Shown here: positions 31,473-42,700 of the stretch, one piece after another
How the letters are laid out: every line of letters starts with the position of its first letter
Numbering within the stretch: the first letter of the stretch is position 1
From: Abditibacteriaceae bacterium
GTDB taxonomy: Bacteria > Armatimonadota > Abditibacteriia > Abditibacteriales > Abditibacteriaceae
Direction: 5' to 3'
DNA: 64,000 nucleotides
Assembly (NCBI GenBank): GCA_965277285.1
Contig: OZ255721.1
Location: forward strand, 2,720,001 to 2,784,000
Translations under genes and position numbers: made by a program
Notes under the pieces: generated by a model
Told to the model about the DNA's origin: nothing
Databases searched by the model: none
The model's input: the letters and a program-made list of their open reading frames with translations, nothing else

Positions 31473-32327
31473 TTATTCGGCGAAAACGACATCGACTTTG
31501 CGCGGAATGACACCGATTTGGAAGCCGCGATCCAGGAACAGTTGCACGGCGCGGCGCCCATCTTCGCCATAATCGAGCGTTCGCGCGTTGACATACATTC
31601 CGACAAACTGATCGGCCAAACCGCGCTTGGTTTCCAATCCGCGCGCATATTCCATCGCGTAATCGAGCGCTTCTTCACGGTGACTTAACGAGTACTCGAT
31701 GCTTTGGCGCAACAAGTGCGAAACGGTGCGCGCCAGTTCAGGATCAAGGTCGCGGCGAATCGCGTTGCCACCCAAAGGCAAGGGCAAACCGCCCGTTTCC
31801 TGCGCCCACCAAACCGCCAAGTTGACGACTTCGTGCAAACCTTCGTCGCCAAAAGTCAGTTGACCTTCGTGAATCAAAAGTCCGGCTTCCGCTTCACCAT
31901 TGACAACAGCGGGAAGGATTTCGTCGAACGGCATCGCAACGGTTTTGATGTCGGGCGAGAACAATTTCAAAGTCAGATAAGCCGAAGTCATTTCGCCTGG
32001 AATTGCAACAGTCTTGGTTTTGATTTCATTAGTCGAAAACGGCTCGCGCGCGACGATCATCGGGCCATAAGGGTTTTCGACTTGGCCTTCGCCCATCGAA
32101 GCGCCGTGCGGCAAAAGCGCGTATTTATCGGCGAGATACGCGTAAGCGTGCGTCGAAATCGCGGTCACTTCGTAAATGCCGCTTTGCGCCGCGCGATTGA
32201 GCGTTTCGATGTCTTTCAAGACGTGAACGAACTCGATGCCCTGCGTATCAATTTTGTGGCGCGACAATGCGTAGTGCATAAACGCGTCATCCGAATCCGG
32301 CGAATGTGCGACTGTAATTTTAGTCAT
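31473..32327 (-). CDS. mqnD: 1,4-dihydroxy-6-naphthoate synthase
   Basis: 'AHSPDSDDAF', 'DIETLN', 'LLIHEGQLT', 'LPLPLGGN', 'FVGMYVN'. Confidence 0.92.
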   Translation of the reverse strand: MTKITVAHSPDSDDAFMHYALSRHKIDTQGIEFVHVLKDIETLNRAAQSGIYEVTAISTHAYAYLADKYALLPHGASMGEGQVENPYGPMIVAREPFSTNEIKTKTVAIPGEMTSAYLTLKLFSPDIKTVAMPFDEILPAVVNGEAEAGLLIHEGQLTFGDEGLHEVVNLAVWWAQETGGLPLPLGGNAIRRDLDPELARTVSHLLRQSIEYSLSHREEALDYAMEYARGLETKRGLADQFVGMYVNARTLDYGEDGRRAVQLFLDRGFQIGVIPRKVDVVFAE

Positions 32328-32349
32328 GGTAATTTATTTTCCGACAGAC

Positions 32350-32991
32350 TTAGTTCGAGTTGCTCTCACGAAGTTTGTCGCGTCGTTGCTTTTCTTCCTC
32401 GACTTTTGGCCTCCAAATATCATAAGTCCAATCGCCCATGTCCACCTCTTCGTGGTACGGAGATTTTGTAATTTCTTTTTTTGGTACCGCAGTAATCAGA
32501 AGTTCCAAGGCTTCCTCAATCGAATTACCCGGGCAATAACCACTACCATCGCCGACTTCATAGATACGTCCTAAATCGTCTACCAGCAACCTCAGGGTGT
32601 AACGAACAGGGTCGATGTTACCGATGGGATAAACGCGATGTCCCAACTGCTGGCCCCAAACATAGTCATAAACGTAATTGTAAGGCGCGTATTCAGGAAG
32701 GCTTGTAAAGTGCTTATGCAGAGGATCGAAGTCAAAGTCCATGCGTGGCAAACGATGACCAGGCTTAACCTCCACTAAGCCTTCCGCTCCACCTTGATTA
32801 ATACGCAAATCGCCGAATTCGCGCAGAATAGAAGCTGCCGCATCAAACAGCTCGAACTCATAGCGCGTGCGAAAGGTTTCCGTGATGAAATTGAAACGCG
32901 CGTTGTCTAAGCGACGGCCAGGAAACCAGCCGTTCTCGCGCAGAACTTGTTCAACAAAAGGAGAAAAACGTGCCATTTGAAACTTCGCCAA
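32350..32991 (-). CDS. SUKH-3-like immunity protein
   Basis: 'LRENGWFPGR', 'AASILREFGDL', 'FDP', 'YPIG', 'LLVDDLGRIY', 'GNSIEEAL' pattern; start may be 32976. Confidence 0.7.
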   Translation of the reverse strand: MAKFQMARFSPFVEQVLRENGWFPGRRLDNARFNFITETFRTRYEFELFDAAASILREFGDLRINQGGAEGLVEVKPGHRLPRMDFDFDPLHKHFTSLPEYAPYNYVYDYVWGQQLGHRVYPIGNIDPVRYTLRLLVDDLGRIYEVGDGSGYCPGNSIEEALELLITAVPKKEITKSPYHEEVDMGDWTYDIWRPKVEEEKQRRDKLRESNSN

Positions 32992-33003
32992 TCGAGTACT
33001 CGA

Positions 33004-33888
33004 TTACTTTGTGTTCGCCATTTCCTGCAACACCTTGAACAAGACTTGCGTGCCTTCTTCGCCCCAGCCGCGACTTTGCGCGATGCGCCACAAGTTGCGC
33101 GCCAAATCGGTTCCGAAAATCGGCGCACCTAACGCATCGGCGGCTTCAGCAATGAGACGATTATCTTTCTGCTGCGTGTCCACCATAAAGGCCGGTGCGA
33201 AATCGCCGCGCGCGATTTTCGGTGCCAAGTTCTGCATCGCCCAACTGGACGCCGCACCTGCGCCGACGACTTGAATAATCGTTTCCAATTCGACACCCAT
33301 TTTCTGTCCTAAAACGAGAGCTTCGCAAACGCCCAGCAAGTTCATCACGCCGCAAATCTGGTTGCACAACTTCACGCTTTGTCCGCTGCCAATCGCGCCG
33401 CAATATGTCACGGTTTTGCCCAACGTTTGGAAAATTGGTTTGGCTTCCTCAAAGTCGTTCGGGTCGCCGCCAACCATAATCGACAAACTCGCGTTTTGCG
33501 CACCAACTTCGCCGCCAGTGACGGGCGCATCAAGATAACGCGCGCCTTTTTCGCTTGCGCGCCGTGCCAAATCGCGCGTCAATTCGGGCGAAATCGTGCT
33601 CATGTCGATGCACAAAACGCCCTTTCGAGTACTCGATGTGTCGCTCAACGCGCCATTTTCGCCGAACAAAACAGTTTCAACGTCCGGCCCATCGGTCACC
33701 ATCGTGATGATGATTTCGGCGTCTTGCGCGGCTTCTCGCGGCGTATCGAAGGCTTGCGCGCCCGCTTCGACAATGCTTTGTGTTTTGCTTCGCGTGCGAT
33801 TGTAGCAGCGCACGACATGTCCAGCGCGCTGCAGATGAGCCGCCATTGGCGCTCCCATAATTCCGGTTCCCAACCAGGCAATAGTCAT
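33004..33888 (-). CDS. NAD(P)-dependent 3-hydroxyisobutyrate dehydrogenase family oxidoreductase
   Basis: 'LGTGIMGAPMA', 'DMSTISP', 'DAPVTGG', 'KLCNQ'. Confidence 0.92.
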   Translation of the reverse strand: MTIAWLGTGIMGAPMAAHLQRAGHVVRCYNRTRSKTQSIVEAGAQAFDTPREAAQDAEIIITMVTDGPDVETVLFGENGALSDTSSTRKGVLCIDMSTISPELTRDLARRASEKGARYLDAPVTGGEVGAQNASLSIMVGGDPNDFEEAKPIFQTLGKTVTYCGAIGSGQSVKLCNQICGVMNLLGVCEALVLGQKMGVELETIIQVVGAGAASSWAMQNLAPKIARGDFAPAFMVDTQQKDNRLIAEAADALGAPIFGTDLARNLWRIAQSRGWGEEGTQVLFKVLQEMANTK

Positions 33889-33900
33889 AAAAAATTACCG

Positions 33901-34091
33901 CAGAGAAGAGCAATGTAGGGACGTCAGCTTGCTGCGCCCGCACTTTCCGCATCCACATTTGCTGCCCCTGCACCTCTACGCCCGCATTTTCTATTCTTGA
34001 ACACAACATCCGCCGTTCGAGTACTCGAATGCCGCATACAAACGCCGAACTCGGGCGCAGCAAGCTGACGCCCCTACATTGCTCTTCTCTG
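33901..34091. repeat. REPIN-like element: 40-bp arms with GTAG-type REP (family C)
   Basis: 33901-33940 pairs with 34052-34091 (1 mismatch); TCGAGTACTCGA in spacer at 34017. Confidence 0.9.
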
Positions 34092-34120
34092 TGTGCTCCG
34101 CGTCCTCTGCGGTTCAAAAA

Positions 34121-34612
34121 TCAGGTTGTCACAATGGCATCGTTGCCTTGTGCGGAAACAGTCCAATTGGTCAAAGACGTTTTCGCTGGGCCATTCAAGA
34201 CTTTGCCGCTGTCATCGAAATTGGAGCCGTGACATGGGCAATGAAACTGCGTTTTCTGCCAGGCGACGACGCAACCGGCGTGCGGACATTTGGCCGAAAG
34301 CGCGTGCAACTGTCCTTTGGTATGCAATAAAATGCCCGCGCTGCCGCCATCGGGAAGCGTAAAAACCATCGTTTGTCCGTCTTGCAAATTCGCGCCGCCA
34401 GGAACCGAAAACATTTTCCCCGTGATCGCTTTGGCGAGAACAGCTTCAGTCGCGGCGCCGCTGGTTCCTGTACTCGATTCGTTGCCTAACGTGCCGCAGC
34501 CGCTCAATGCAACAATCGAAAGCGCGGCGCCAACAGTGAGAAACTCGCGGCGCGACAGATTTTTATCGTTGTTGTCGCGCGCATTTTCTTCGTGATATTT
34601 GAGGTTTGGCAT
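34121..34612 (-). CDS. Tat-exported Rieske [2Fe-2S] (lipo)protein
   Basis: 'SRREFL' twin-arginine, lipobox 'LSGC', 'CPHAGC', 'CPCHGS'; start uncertain (34612 or 34639). Confidence 0.85.
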   Translation of the reverse strand: MPNLKYHEENARDNNDKNLSRREFLTVGAALSIVALSGCGTLGNESSTGTSGAATEAVLAKAITGKMFSVPGGANLQDGQTMVFTLPDGGSAGILLHTKGQLHALSAKCPHAGCVVAWQKTQFHCPCHGSNFDDSGKVLNGPAKTSLTNWTVSAQGNDAIVTT

Positions 34613-34628
34613 CGTTAAAGGAAAGGTT

Positions 34629-35108
34629 TCAGCCGCCATAATGCCAGGGCGTGTCGCTCATGCGCAACGGTTCTTCGTCGCTTTCAACGCCTGCTTCAAT
34701 GACTTCGCCGACAACAACCGAATGATCGCCGATGTCGAGGATTTCGTGGACACGGCACTCGAACCAGGCGGCGCAATGGGCTAAAATCGGCGCGCCAGTC
34801 TGTGCGAATTGCAATTGATACTCATCCAATTTATCGGTTGTTCCATTGCGGTCGGGTTTAAGAAAATGTTTGGCAACGTCCTGTTGGCTGCGACCCAAAA
34901 CCGAAACGGCGAAAACGCGTCCTTGGCGCAGCATCGCATTGGAGCCGCTGTCGCGTCGCACGCCAAGCATCACCAAAGGCGGTGCGAATGAGCATTGCGA
35001 CAACCAATCGGCGGTGAAAGCGTTCAAGTTTTCGTCCTGACGCACGCCGACGACGTAAAGTCCGTACGAAATTTTACGCAGCGCGATTTTTTTGGCGGCT
35101 TCGTTCAT
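34629..35108 (-). CDS. Flavin reductase family protein
   Basis: 'YGLYVVG', 'SFAPPLV', 'FAVSVL', 'GDHSVVVGEV'. Confidence 0.88.
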   Translation of the reverse strand: MNEAAKKIALRKISYGLYVVGVRQDENLNAFTADWLSQCSFAPPLVMLGVRRDSGSNAMLRQGRVFAVSVLGRSQQDVAKHFLKPDRNGTTDKLDEYQLQFAQTGAPILAHCAAWFECRVHEILDIGDHSVVVGEVIEAGVESDEEPLRMSDTPWHYGG

Positions 35109-35325
35109 GGAGTGCGGAACCTTTTGCAGAAGAAACAGGTCGTAGCGAGAAAGATGATGCGAGTGTTTCCGCAAACGCGCGCGCTGTCAAGCGTTTTGTT
35201 GTGGGATGAGCTTTGCAAAACGCGCGAGAAACCGACTTCGAAATGTTATAATTGTGATGGACAAAAAAGCATCGAACGCAGCAAAACAACAACAAGAAAG
35301 CAGCTTGCGTCGTGGAGAAAGACTG

Positions 35326-36249
35326 ATGAGTACTCGAAATAGCGGAGACGGCGAACGTGAAGGTTATCGCCTGCACGAGCGTCGAAAAAACAACCTGGCG
35401 CCGATAGCAATCGTCGCGGGCGCCGGATTATTGTGCATCGCGGGCTGGAAAGTCATCGCGCGCCGTAACATTGGAAGCGCAACGACAACGCCGGTGCGCG
35501 CCGAAACGGTTTCGCTTCCCGCTCGTGCAGCACGCCCAACCGCGACGCCGCAAATCTACGCGGCGCGCGACATTGCCAATTGGGCTAAAGGGAAGCGCAT
35601 TACGAATGTTCCGGTCGCGCCAGGCAACAAAGTTTTCGCTTTGACTTTCGATGACGGTCCGTGGCCAGTTTACACGCGCAAGATTTTGCAGATTTTGAAA
35701 GACAACGATGTTAAAGCGACGTTTTTCATGGTCGGTCACGAAGTGCGAGCGCGTCCCGATGTCGCACGCGCGGTGCGTGATGCTGGTCACGCAGTTGGCA
35801 ACCATTCCTGGGATCATCCTTCTCGCCCGAAAGATCCGGTCATGCAAGTGATGCGCACCGATGCGGAAATCAAGAAAGAATTGGGTTTCCGCCCGACGAT
35901 GTTTCGTCCGCCGTATGGCATTATGAAGAACGGCATGGCTGCGCAAGCCGCCAAATTGCACGACCCGATTTTGTTATGGAGCGCCGATAGCGCCGACTGG
36001 AAGCGTCCCGGCGCCGATCATATCGTGCAAATGATCGTCGGCCAAGCGCGTCCTGGCGGCATTTCGCTGATGCACGACGGCGGTGGCGACCGCAGTCAGG
36101 ATGTCGAAGCCTTGCCGATTATCATTTCCGAACTGCGCGCCAAAGGTTATCGCTTTGTCACGATTCCCGAACTGCTGAAACTGCGTGACGCCAACGCCGC
36201 TGCGCAGGAAGACGCCAGAAAAGCCGCGCGCCGCAAAAGAAAACATTGA
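35326..36249 (+). CDS. Membrane-anchored polysaccharide deacetylase (CE4/NodB)
   Basis: 'ALTFDDGP', 'GNHSWDH', 'FRPPYG', 'LMHDGGG'; start uncertain (35257 or 35326). Confidence 0.9.
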   Translation: MSTRNSGDGEREGYRLHERRKNNLAPIAIVAGAGLLCIAGWKVIARRNIGSATTTPVRAETVSLPARAARPTATPQIYAARDIANWAKGKRITNVPVAPGNKVFALTFDDGPWPVYTRKILQILKDNDVKATFFMVGHEVRARPDVARAVRDAGHAVGNHSWDHPSRPKDPVMQVMRTDAEIKKELGFRPTMFRPPYGIMKNGMAAQAAKLHDPILLWSADSADWKRPGADHIVQMIVGQARPGGISLMHDGGGDRSQDVEALPIIISELRAKGYRFVTIPELLKLRDANAAAQEDARKAARRKRKH

Positions 36250-36272
36250 TCGACTTTCGAGTACTCGAAGCC

Positions 36273-36403
36273 CAGCGAACCCAAAGCGTCAGCGAGGGCG
36301 ACAAACGGGGCAGAAGGATGAGGAATAAAGTTTCAAGTGCTCAATCTTCATCCCTTATGCTTCATCCTTTCCCATCTCCCTCGCTGACGCTTTGGGTTCG
36401 CTG
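36273..36403. repeat. REP-like family D element with heptamer-rich spacer
   Basis: cagcgaacccaaagcgtcagcgaggg...ccctcgctgacgctttgggttcgctg. Confidence 0.8.
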
Positions 36404-36425
36404 ATTGAACTTGCATTTATTGGCT

Positions 36426-38639
36426 ATGAAACATCTTTTTCGCCGCGCCGGACGATTCGCTTCGTCCGGCGCTTTCCTTTTTGTTGGAACGTTTTTCGTC
36501 TCGCTTCTTGTGGCGCCTTCTCAAGTCGCGCAGGCGCAAACGACGATTGCTGCGGCTCCAACGTCTGCAACATTGCAAAGCGACCGTCGCGTTCTTGATA
36601 CGAGCGGTAACTTCGTTTTGTCGTTGACGGATTCGCCATTTAATTCTGCGCGTTTTCGCATCGGGCTTTTTCGCGCAGGACAAACGGCGAAGTTAGCTGA
36701 GGAACGCCGCGATTTCACAGTTCAAAACGGCGCTTTGAGTACTCAGATTCATCTTGAAGCGCCGCCTGGCGATTACGAACTGCGCGTTCTCAGCGATGAC
36801 CAAAACCGCGCGCCGCTTTCTTCGCCCGCGCTTGTCACCGTTCCAGGCATTCGCCGCGAACCTGGCTGGTGGCTTTTCAACGGGCAGCCTTTCGTCACCG
36901 CAAGCGATGCAAATACGAACATTTCTGCGCCGAACGCGCCGCTTTTTATTGCGGGTTTGAAGCGTGATTTTGGCAAGAAACCAAAGCCGATTTCGCGCAA
37001 CCTTGCCGCGAACACGTTGCTCCAATATCGAGTACTCGAACTGCCACCATTAAGCGAAATTAGCGCGCCCAATTACGATTCCACCGCCTTGCGTTTGAAA
37101 GTTATTGGTCAAATCAACGATGCGCGAAATAGCGGACAGCGCAACCTAACAGGTTTTGAATTGCCGCTCGGCGTCACAAATCCGAACCTTGTCAACTCGG
37201 ACGCGAAAATTGTGGTCGGTCGCTTGCGCCAGATTTTGAACGAAGTCGCGCCAGATGCAGCTTTAATTATCTCAACAGATTCAAGCGAAGCCTTGTTTCG
37301 CCTGCGTAACCTCGAAACTTACGTGCCGTTGTGCGACGCTGCTGTTTTGATAACTAACAGCGAAGATGCTCACGATCTGTGGGCTATCAAGGCATTGCGG
37401 CGCGTCGCCGAAGAACAACCCAATTACGATTTGCCGATTTTTGTTCGCACTTTGCAAAGCAAAGAAACCGGATACGCTTACAACGCGTTGAGCGATTCAC
37501 ACGCTCTCGATTTATGGATGAGCGGCGCGACTGGCTTTATCGAGTACTCGAATGACGCACCAATCGCATGGAAAGCGATCGCTCAACGCAATGCGGCGCT
37601 CTTCGTCGGCTCCGTTACGTTGGAAGATATTGGCGTTTTGGCGATACCAGAATGGAATCGGGAAACTAATGTCAGCGATGGCGATATGTTCAAAGGCAAC
37701 GCCGTGCTTTTGTATCGAACCTTGCGCGATGCCGGTCGCATTCCGCAAACGTCGCGCTTGCCCGACTTGACGCAAAAAGAAAGCGAGCGCAAAACTGAAT
37801 CGCTGATGGTTGCGTTGGGTCAACGCGTCAGCAACGAGACGATTGAACGCTTGCGCGCGGCAGCCAAAGCGGGCAATCGCGTTTACATTGAAGGCGCGCC
37901 GATGCAGGACGAAAACAGCAAAGAAACGGGTTGGCGTTTGGGTTCCTTAGTCGGCGGTGACATTGCGAAAGGTGATGTCAGTGCGTCGAATTCGTTGTCT
38001 TCGATGACTTTGCAAGATGGCTGGATGTTTGGCACCGAGCGCGGCACGAAGATTCCGGTCTCTGCCGCCTTTCGCGTCATGCTAAATAACGGCAGCGTCG
38101 CGCCGCGAACCAAAGACCAGAAAGGTTTGGATATTCTGCTCAAGCCGCGCGTCGCTGCGGTTTTAGACGATGGTTCGCCAGCTTTGATTATCAATCCTGT
38201 AGGCAAAGGCGAAGTCATCTGGATGCCGTTTGCGCTGCAAGGCAACGCCGCGCAACGCCGCGAATGGTATCAGGCGGTTTCCAATTACATCGAACCGTCG
38301 CTCGTCACTTTGCGCGCGAAAGACGCTTCCTCAAGCGCTTCCACAAACGCCGCCAACGTTCACCTCGCACTGCGCCGTTCGACTGGTGGAACGTTGTTGC
38401 TGGGCTTGTTCAACGATTCCGCTGAAACCGTAAATCTAAGTGCGACAGTTGAAACCTTCGCTGGCGTCGCACTCGATTTGCGCAGCGAACGCGAACTGCC
38501 TTTGACAACGCGCGGCAACGAATCGACCGTGAACGTCTCGATTTCTGCCAACAGTTGGAGCGCAATCGCCTTCGCCGTCGACCGCAAAACTCTCGATACA
38601 GAACGCGATACGTTTACTGGCAAAGTTCGCCTGAAATAA
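36426..38639 (+). CDS. Secreted hypothetical protein, possibly glycoside-hydrolase-like
   Basis: Signal peptide ending AQA; C-terminal half loosely resembles GH42 trimerisation domain ('DGSPALIINPVGKGEVIW'). Confidence 0.55.
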   Translation: MKHLFRRAGRFASSGAFLFVGTFFVSLLVAPSQVAQAQTTIAAAPTSATLQSDRRVLDTSGNFVLSLTDSPFNSARFRIGLFRAGQTAKLAEERRDFTVQNGALSTQIHLEAPPGDYELRVLSDDQNRAPLSSPALVTVPGIRREPGWWLFNGQPFVTASDANTNISAPNAPLFIAGLKRDFGKKPKPISRNLAANTLLQYRVLELPPLSEISAPNYDSTALRLKVIGQINDARNSGQRNLTGFELPLGVTNPNLVNSDAKIVVGRLRQILNEVAPDAALIISTDSSEALFRLRNLETYVPLCDAAVLITNSEDAHDLWAIKALRRVAEEQPNYDLPIFVRTLQSKETGYAYNALSDSHALDLWMSGATGFIEYSNDAPIAWKAIAQRNAALFVGSVTLEDIGVLAIPEWNRETNVSDGDMFKGNAVLLYRTLRDAGRIPQTSRLPDLTQKESERKTESLMVALGQRVSNETIERLRAAAKAGNRVYIEGAPMQDENSKETGWRLGSLVGGDIAKGDVSASNSLSSMTLQDGWMFGTERGTKIPVSAAFRVMLNNGSVAPRTKDQKGLDILLKPRVAAVLDDGSPALIINPVGKGEVIWMPFALQGNAAQRREWYQAVSNYIEPSLVTLRAKDASSSASTNAANVHLALRRSTGGTLLLGLFNDSAETVNLSATVETFAGVALDLRSERELPLTTRGNESTVNVSISANSWSAIAFAVDRKTLDTERDTFTGKVRLK

Positions 38640-38669
38640 CGAATCGAGTACTCGATGTTGAGCAAACGC

Positions 38670-38704
38670 AAAAGCACGATTCCTCTTCTGGAATCGTGCT
38701 TTTT
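38670..38704. terminator. Bidirectional intrinsic terminator
   Basis: AAAA-gcacgattcc-loop-ggaatcgtgc-TTTTT between convergent genes. Confidence 0.85.
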
Positions 38705-38740
38705 CTTGTTATGTGGTGGTTGATAAATGAGAAGCTACAG

Positions 38741-38807
38741 CGAACCCGAAGCATGAGCGAGGGAGAGATAGCGAGAAAGTATCTCCCTCGCTTACGCTTC
38801 GGCTTCG
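38741..38807. repeat. REP-like hairpin family D
   Basis: cgaacccgaagcatgagcgagggaga...tctccctcgcttacgcttcggcttcg. Confidence 0.7.
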
Positions 38808-39338
38808 TTAAGAACGTCCGCGCAATTTCGACAAGAGCGAACCGTGTGGCAAAGGCGTTGGCGCGCCGTTCGATTGTGCTGGTGCTGCAACAGTTGGCGC
38901 AGTCGGTGCATTTTGCGCGCTTTGTGGCGTCAAAACTTGCGTTTGCAGATTGGGCGCGGGACGCGGCGCTGGCGGTGTGGGATACTGGCGCGCGGCGGGC
39001 GACGGAATCATCGTGTTAGTCGGCGCCAAACTCGGCGTGGCCGTCGCGGGTGTCATGTTGCGCGGCGGCGTGGAAGGATCAGGCAAATACGAGGCGGCGC
39101 GGCGCGCGAGATCGTTCGCGTTGTTTTTCAAGTGGCCTTTCACATCGTGGCCATAACGCTCCCACAACGTTTTCATCAGCCACACAGCGGCCATCAATTG
39201 CCATGTTCCAATGACAGGCAAGTCGATGTGCTTGCCTTTTCCGGGAATGCGAATCGGCGGAACTGGGCCGCCGCGACCCGTGCGGCGCCAAGCCAGATGA
39301 ACGACGAGTGACATCAAATAACGTAAAAACGTGGACAT
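38808..39338 (-). CDS. Hypothetical protein with Pro-rich C-terminus
   Basis: GGAG RBS before ATG 39338. Confidence 0.65.
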   Translation of the reverse strand: MSTFLRYLMSLVVHLAWRRTGRGGPVPPIRIPGKGKHIDLPVIGTWQLMAAVWLMKTLWERYGHDVKGHLKNNANDLARRAASYLPDPSTPPRNMTPATATPSLAPTNTMIPSPAARQYPTPPAPRPAPNLQTQVLTPQSAQNAPTAPTVAAPAQSNGAPTPLPHGSLLSKLRGRS

Positions 39339-39520
39339 TTCAGGTGCTCCTTGGTTCAAACTGACGGCTTTTCGGGAACAGCGCGCACAAGACGCGTGCC
39401 ATGAAAAAGCGTTGCAGTTTTTCGGTGGAGATGAACCGCTAAGACACTAAGAATAACTGCAGTGTGGTCGTTCTGAGAATTCGTTTTCAAAGTAGAAAAC
39501 AACGATGGAATTAGCAGTTT

Positions 39521-39693
39521 GTCGTTCTGAGCGAGATGAAGAATCTGATTGTAGTTAGATTCTTCGACTTCACTCAGAGCGTGTATAGGAAAGGCCAGAA
39601 AACAACAAAAACACTAAAAAGTGATACTTTGTCATTCTGAGCGGAGCGAAGAATCTAACATTACGCCAGATTCTTCGCTCCGCTCAGAATGAC
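39521..39693. repeat. Two family A REP-like hairpins (one degenerate)
   Basis: gtcattctgagcggagcgaagaatct...agattcttcgctccgctcagaatgac at 39631-39693; degenerate copy at ~39521-39580. Confidence 0.8.
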
Positions 39694-39768
39694 ACAGCTG
39701 TGGGTTTCCAGTACTCGATTCGCTTTTTGACTTGTCTGAATATTAACAGTTTGACTTTTTTCAAATCA

Positions 39769-42700
39769 TCACGCGTTCTCGGGTGCGACGGGCAAGTGCA
39801 AGCCGATGTCGTCATCGAAGAGGCCGCGCGCAATTCCGTCGTCGAAGGCGTAAAAAATCGTGCCAAAGTTACTATTCTGCGTACTCAAATCGTCACGAAA
39901 AGCGTTGTTAGCGTTCGGGCCGTTAAAGTTGGTCGCGTTCAAAGAAACTGTCGCGCTTTTGTCCGTCCAATCGGCAACGGTGCCCACAACAGTTCCGCTC
40001 GCATGAACAATCGCGCTCTGATTTTCGCAAATGGCGCCGCTGAATTTCAAACTGTAATTGTTGCGGCGAAAACGATAAGCCGCGATTTGTTCGCTGCGCG
40101 AAATGGTTCCATCGCGGTCGGCATCGACGTTGTTGCGCACCGTCGCGTCATACCAATCGTTGGGAATCACGATCCAACTGCCTTCCTGCGCATAAACGAA
40201 AGCGCGCACGTCCAGCGTTTGCGCCGGAGCCAAACTCTCAATTTGATGCTGCGCGTTCAAGCCGACGTTTTCCAATTTCAAGCGCGACACGTTGTAATAC
40301 GGAATGCGCCCGCCATTGCCGCTGTAAGACGTGCTGTCGAAATAATCCGTGAGGCGATAAACACCATCGACAATTTTGTTATTGAATCGCAACGCAACAG
40401 AATTGGAGCCGTTGCGCGCGCCATCGAGTACTCGACTGTCGAGCAGAAAACTTTGTGGCACCAGCGGGCTTCCCGCATAATTGACATAGAAACTCTGGTC
40501 GCTCGTCGCCACATCTTCGGTTTCGTCGGCGGAAGACGCATCCGGCAAAACCGCGCCATGAATCGGGTTAAAACCAAATTGCCCGACGCGCTCATAATTG
40601 CCGCGCGTGTTGTCCCAAATATCGCTGCGCAAGCCGCTGGCCGTTTCGTTGGAATAAACGCCGTTCAAGGTCGAGACAACCGAAGTCGCCATTGGAATGT
40701 CATAAAGTCCCAGCGTTTTCAGGTTTGGGCGCCACGGCCACAGTCCAGTTGAAGTCGCATCAGCGCGATTTCCTACGCTGGCCATAAAATAAAACGGTGG
40801 CATTTGCAGGTTTCCAATTGTGTTCGGATTTTCACCATAATGATTGAAGAGCAACTGAGTACTCGAATCGGCGTAGCGCCAGGAAGGAGACGCACGATTG
40901 CGCAAAACGCCGTTGAAGGTGTAAACCGGCAGAGTCGGCCCGGCCAGCCAGTTGAGGTGATAATTGACGGCGCGCGTTCCCGCCGGCATCGGACGCATGA
41001 CGCTCCAAAAATCGAGCGCGAAAGCGGCACCCATCACCACGAGATTTTTGTCCGGCGTGCGAATCAAACTGGTTTGCGCGTTCGCCGCCAACTTATGCGA
41101 CAGCAGCGCCATCGTTGGCGCGCTCAACCCGTCCAAATACGGCACACGAACCGCCGCGCGACGCTCCGCACTGTGGCGCAAGGCAATGCGCACTTCGCTC
41201 GATGAACCCGACGGCAAATTGAAACGCCGTTGCAACGCCTGACCAAAACGATCCAGGCGATTGTAGCGCGTATAAGGTTCGCCGCTGTTCAAAGGATCGC
41301 TTTTGGCGCGCACCGGACGTAACGCCGGTTGACTGCTGCGCACCGGCGTTGAAGCCAGCAAATTCAAGCGATTGTTGAAAGTGTCCACCGAAGCAACGCA
41401 AACTTCTTGCGCATTGCTGCTGTTGTTGTCGAGAGTCACCCAATCGCCCGCTTGAAAGGCGCTCGCGTCGTAAACATTGATCGAATAAACCGGCGCGTTT
41501 GTCGAGGCTGTAATCGCCGTCCGCAACAGCGTTTGGTCATCGGTTCTTTCGAGTACTCGCGTCGGGTTCAAAACGACGTTGCGCTTCGCCAGCAGCAAAA
41601 CTTTCTTGTCGCTCGCGCTTAGCGAACCTTCGATATAAATGTTATTGAACGACACTACGGTGAGAGAATGCGGCGGATTGTTCGCCTGACCACGAATGCG
41701 AATATTGCCTTCCGCGCAAATGACGCCATTCTTCGGCCACGCGAAAGTCTGCCGGTAAACGCCGCCCGAACTCGGATGTCCCAGCAAATTGCCATTCGCA
41801 TCGCGCCAACCTTTATGCGCCGCCGCGCCCAAGTTGTAAGTCGCCGTATCATCGCGCGAATCGAGCGTAATCGAAATCGTGTTGTCGGTGTTCAACTCAA
41901 TCAAAGCGCCGCGTGCGCGAAACTCGTCTGGCCCGATCCAGCCGCGCAAATGTTGCTCTTCCAGCGAACGATTGGCCAACGTTCGACTCGATGGTGTTCC
42001 CAACCGCAAATAAGTCAGCGTCGAAGATGTCGCGTGACTTGTCCACATTCGGCGCAGTTCGTCCTGCGTCATTTCACGCAAAAGAGTTCCGCCGCCAACG
42101 CGTTCGCGGTCACGCAAATTGTTAATATAAATGCCTTCGCCGTAGCCGTAAAGCGAGGCGCTTGAGGGAGCGAGCGGCGACAAAGGTCGAGAACTTTGCG
42201 TTAGGCGACGATAGCGATTTTGCGCGCCGCCCGCTTCAATATCTGGCGGCGTGAAATGCCCGACCTGGCGCGTCGACGATGGCACCTCCGCCAGACGATT
42301 CCAGCCGTCATCGACCAACTGCGATTTCTCATCGGCGTTCATTCCCGCCCAGACGCCTGGAAAATTGAGGTCATTGCTCGGTACAACCGTAGCATTATTT
42401 AACGTGCGCGCCGTTCCGCCATTCGAGTACTCACCAGCGACTGTAAGCGTCGGGACAGCAGCGGGAACCGTTGGAAAAGGCATCAACTGCACGCCACCGG
42501 ACGCGCGAATGGTAGCCACGCTCGTTCCGCTCGTCGCATTTTGCGGCGCACGCAAATTCAAAGCGCGCACATCGCCGAAAAGCAATAAGCCGCCATTCGC
42601 GCGCACGCCGCCCGAAGTGCCACCTCCAAGAGAAGCCAAATCGAAAATAACATTTTCACGCGCCGTTTCAAAGGTTCCGTTGCCGTTGAAATCGAGCCAC

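Noticed and set aside
39387..39402. Sigma-54-like promoter TGGCACG-CGTC-TTGT on the minus strand; weaker GG-N10-GC matches near 20692 and 54294
   Set aside because: Mismatch at the conserved -12 GC or poor overall match; no supporting evidence.
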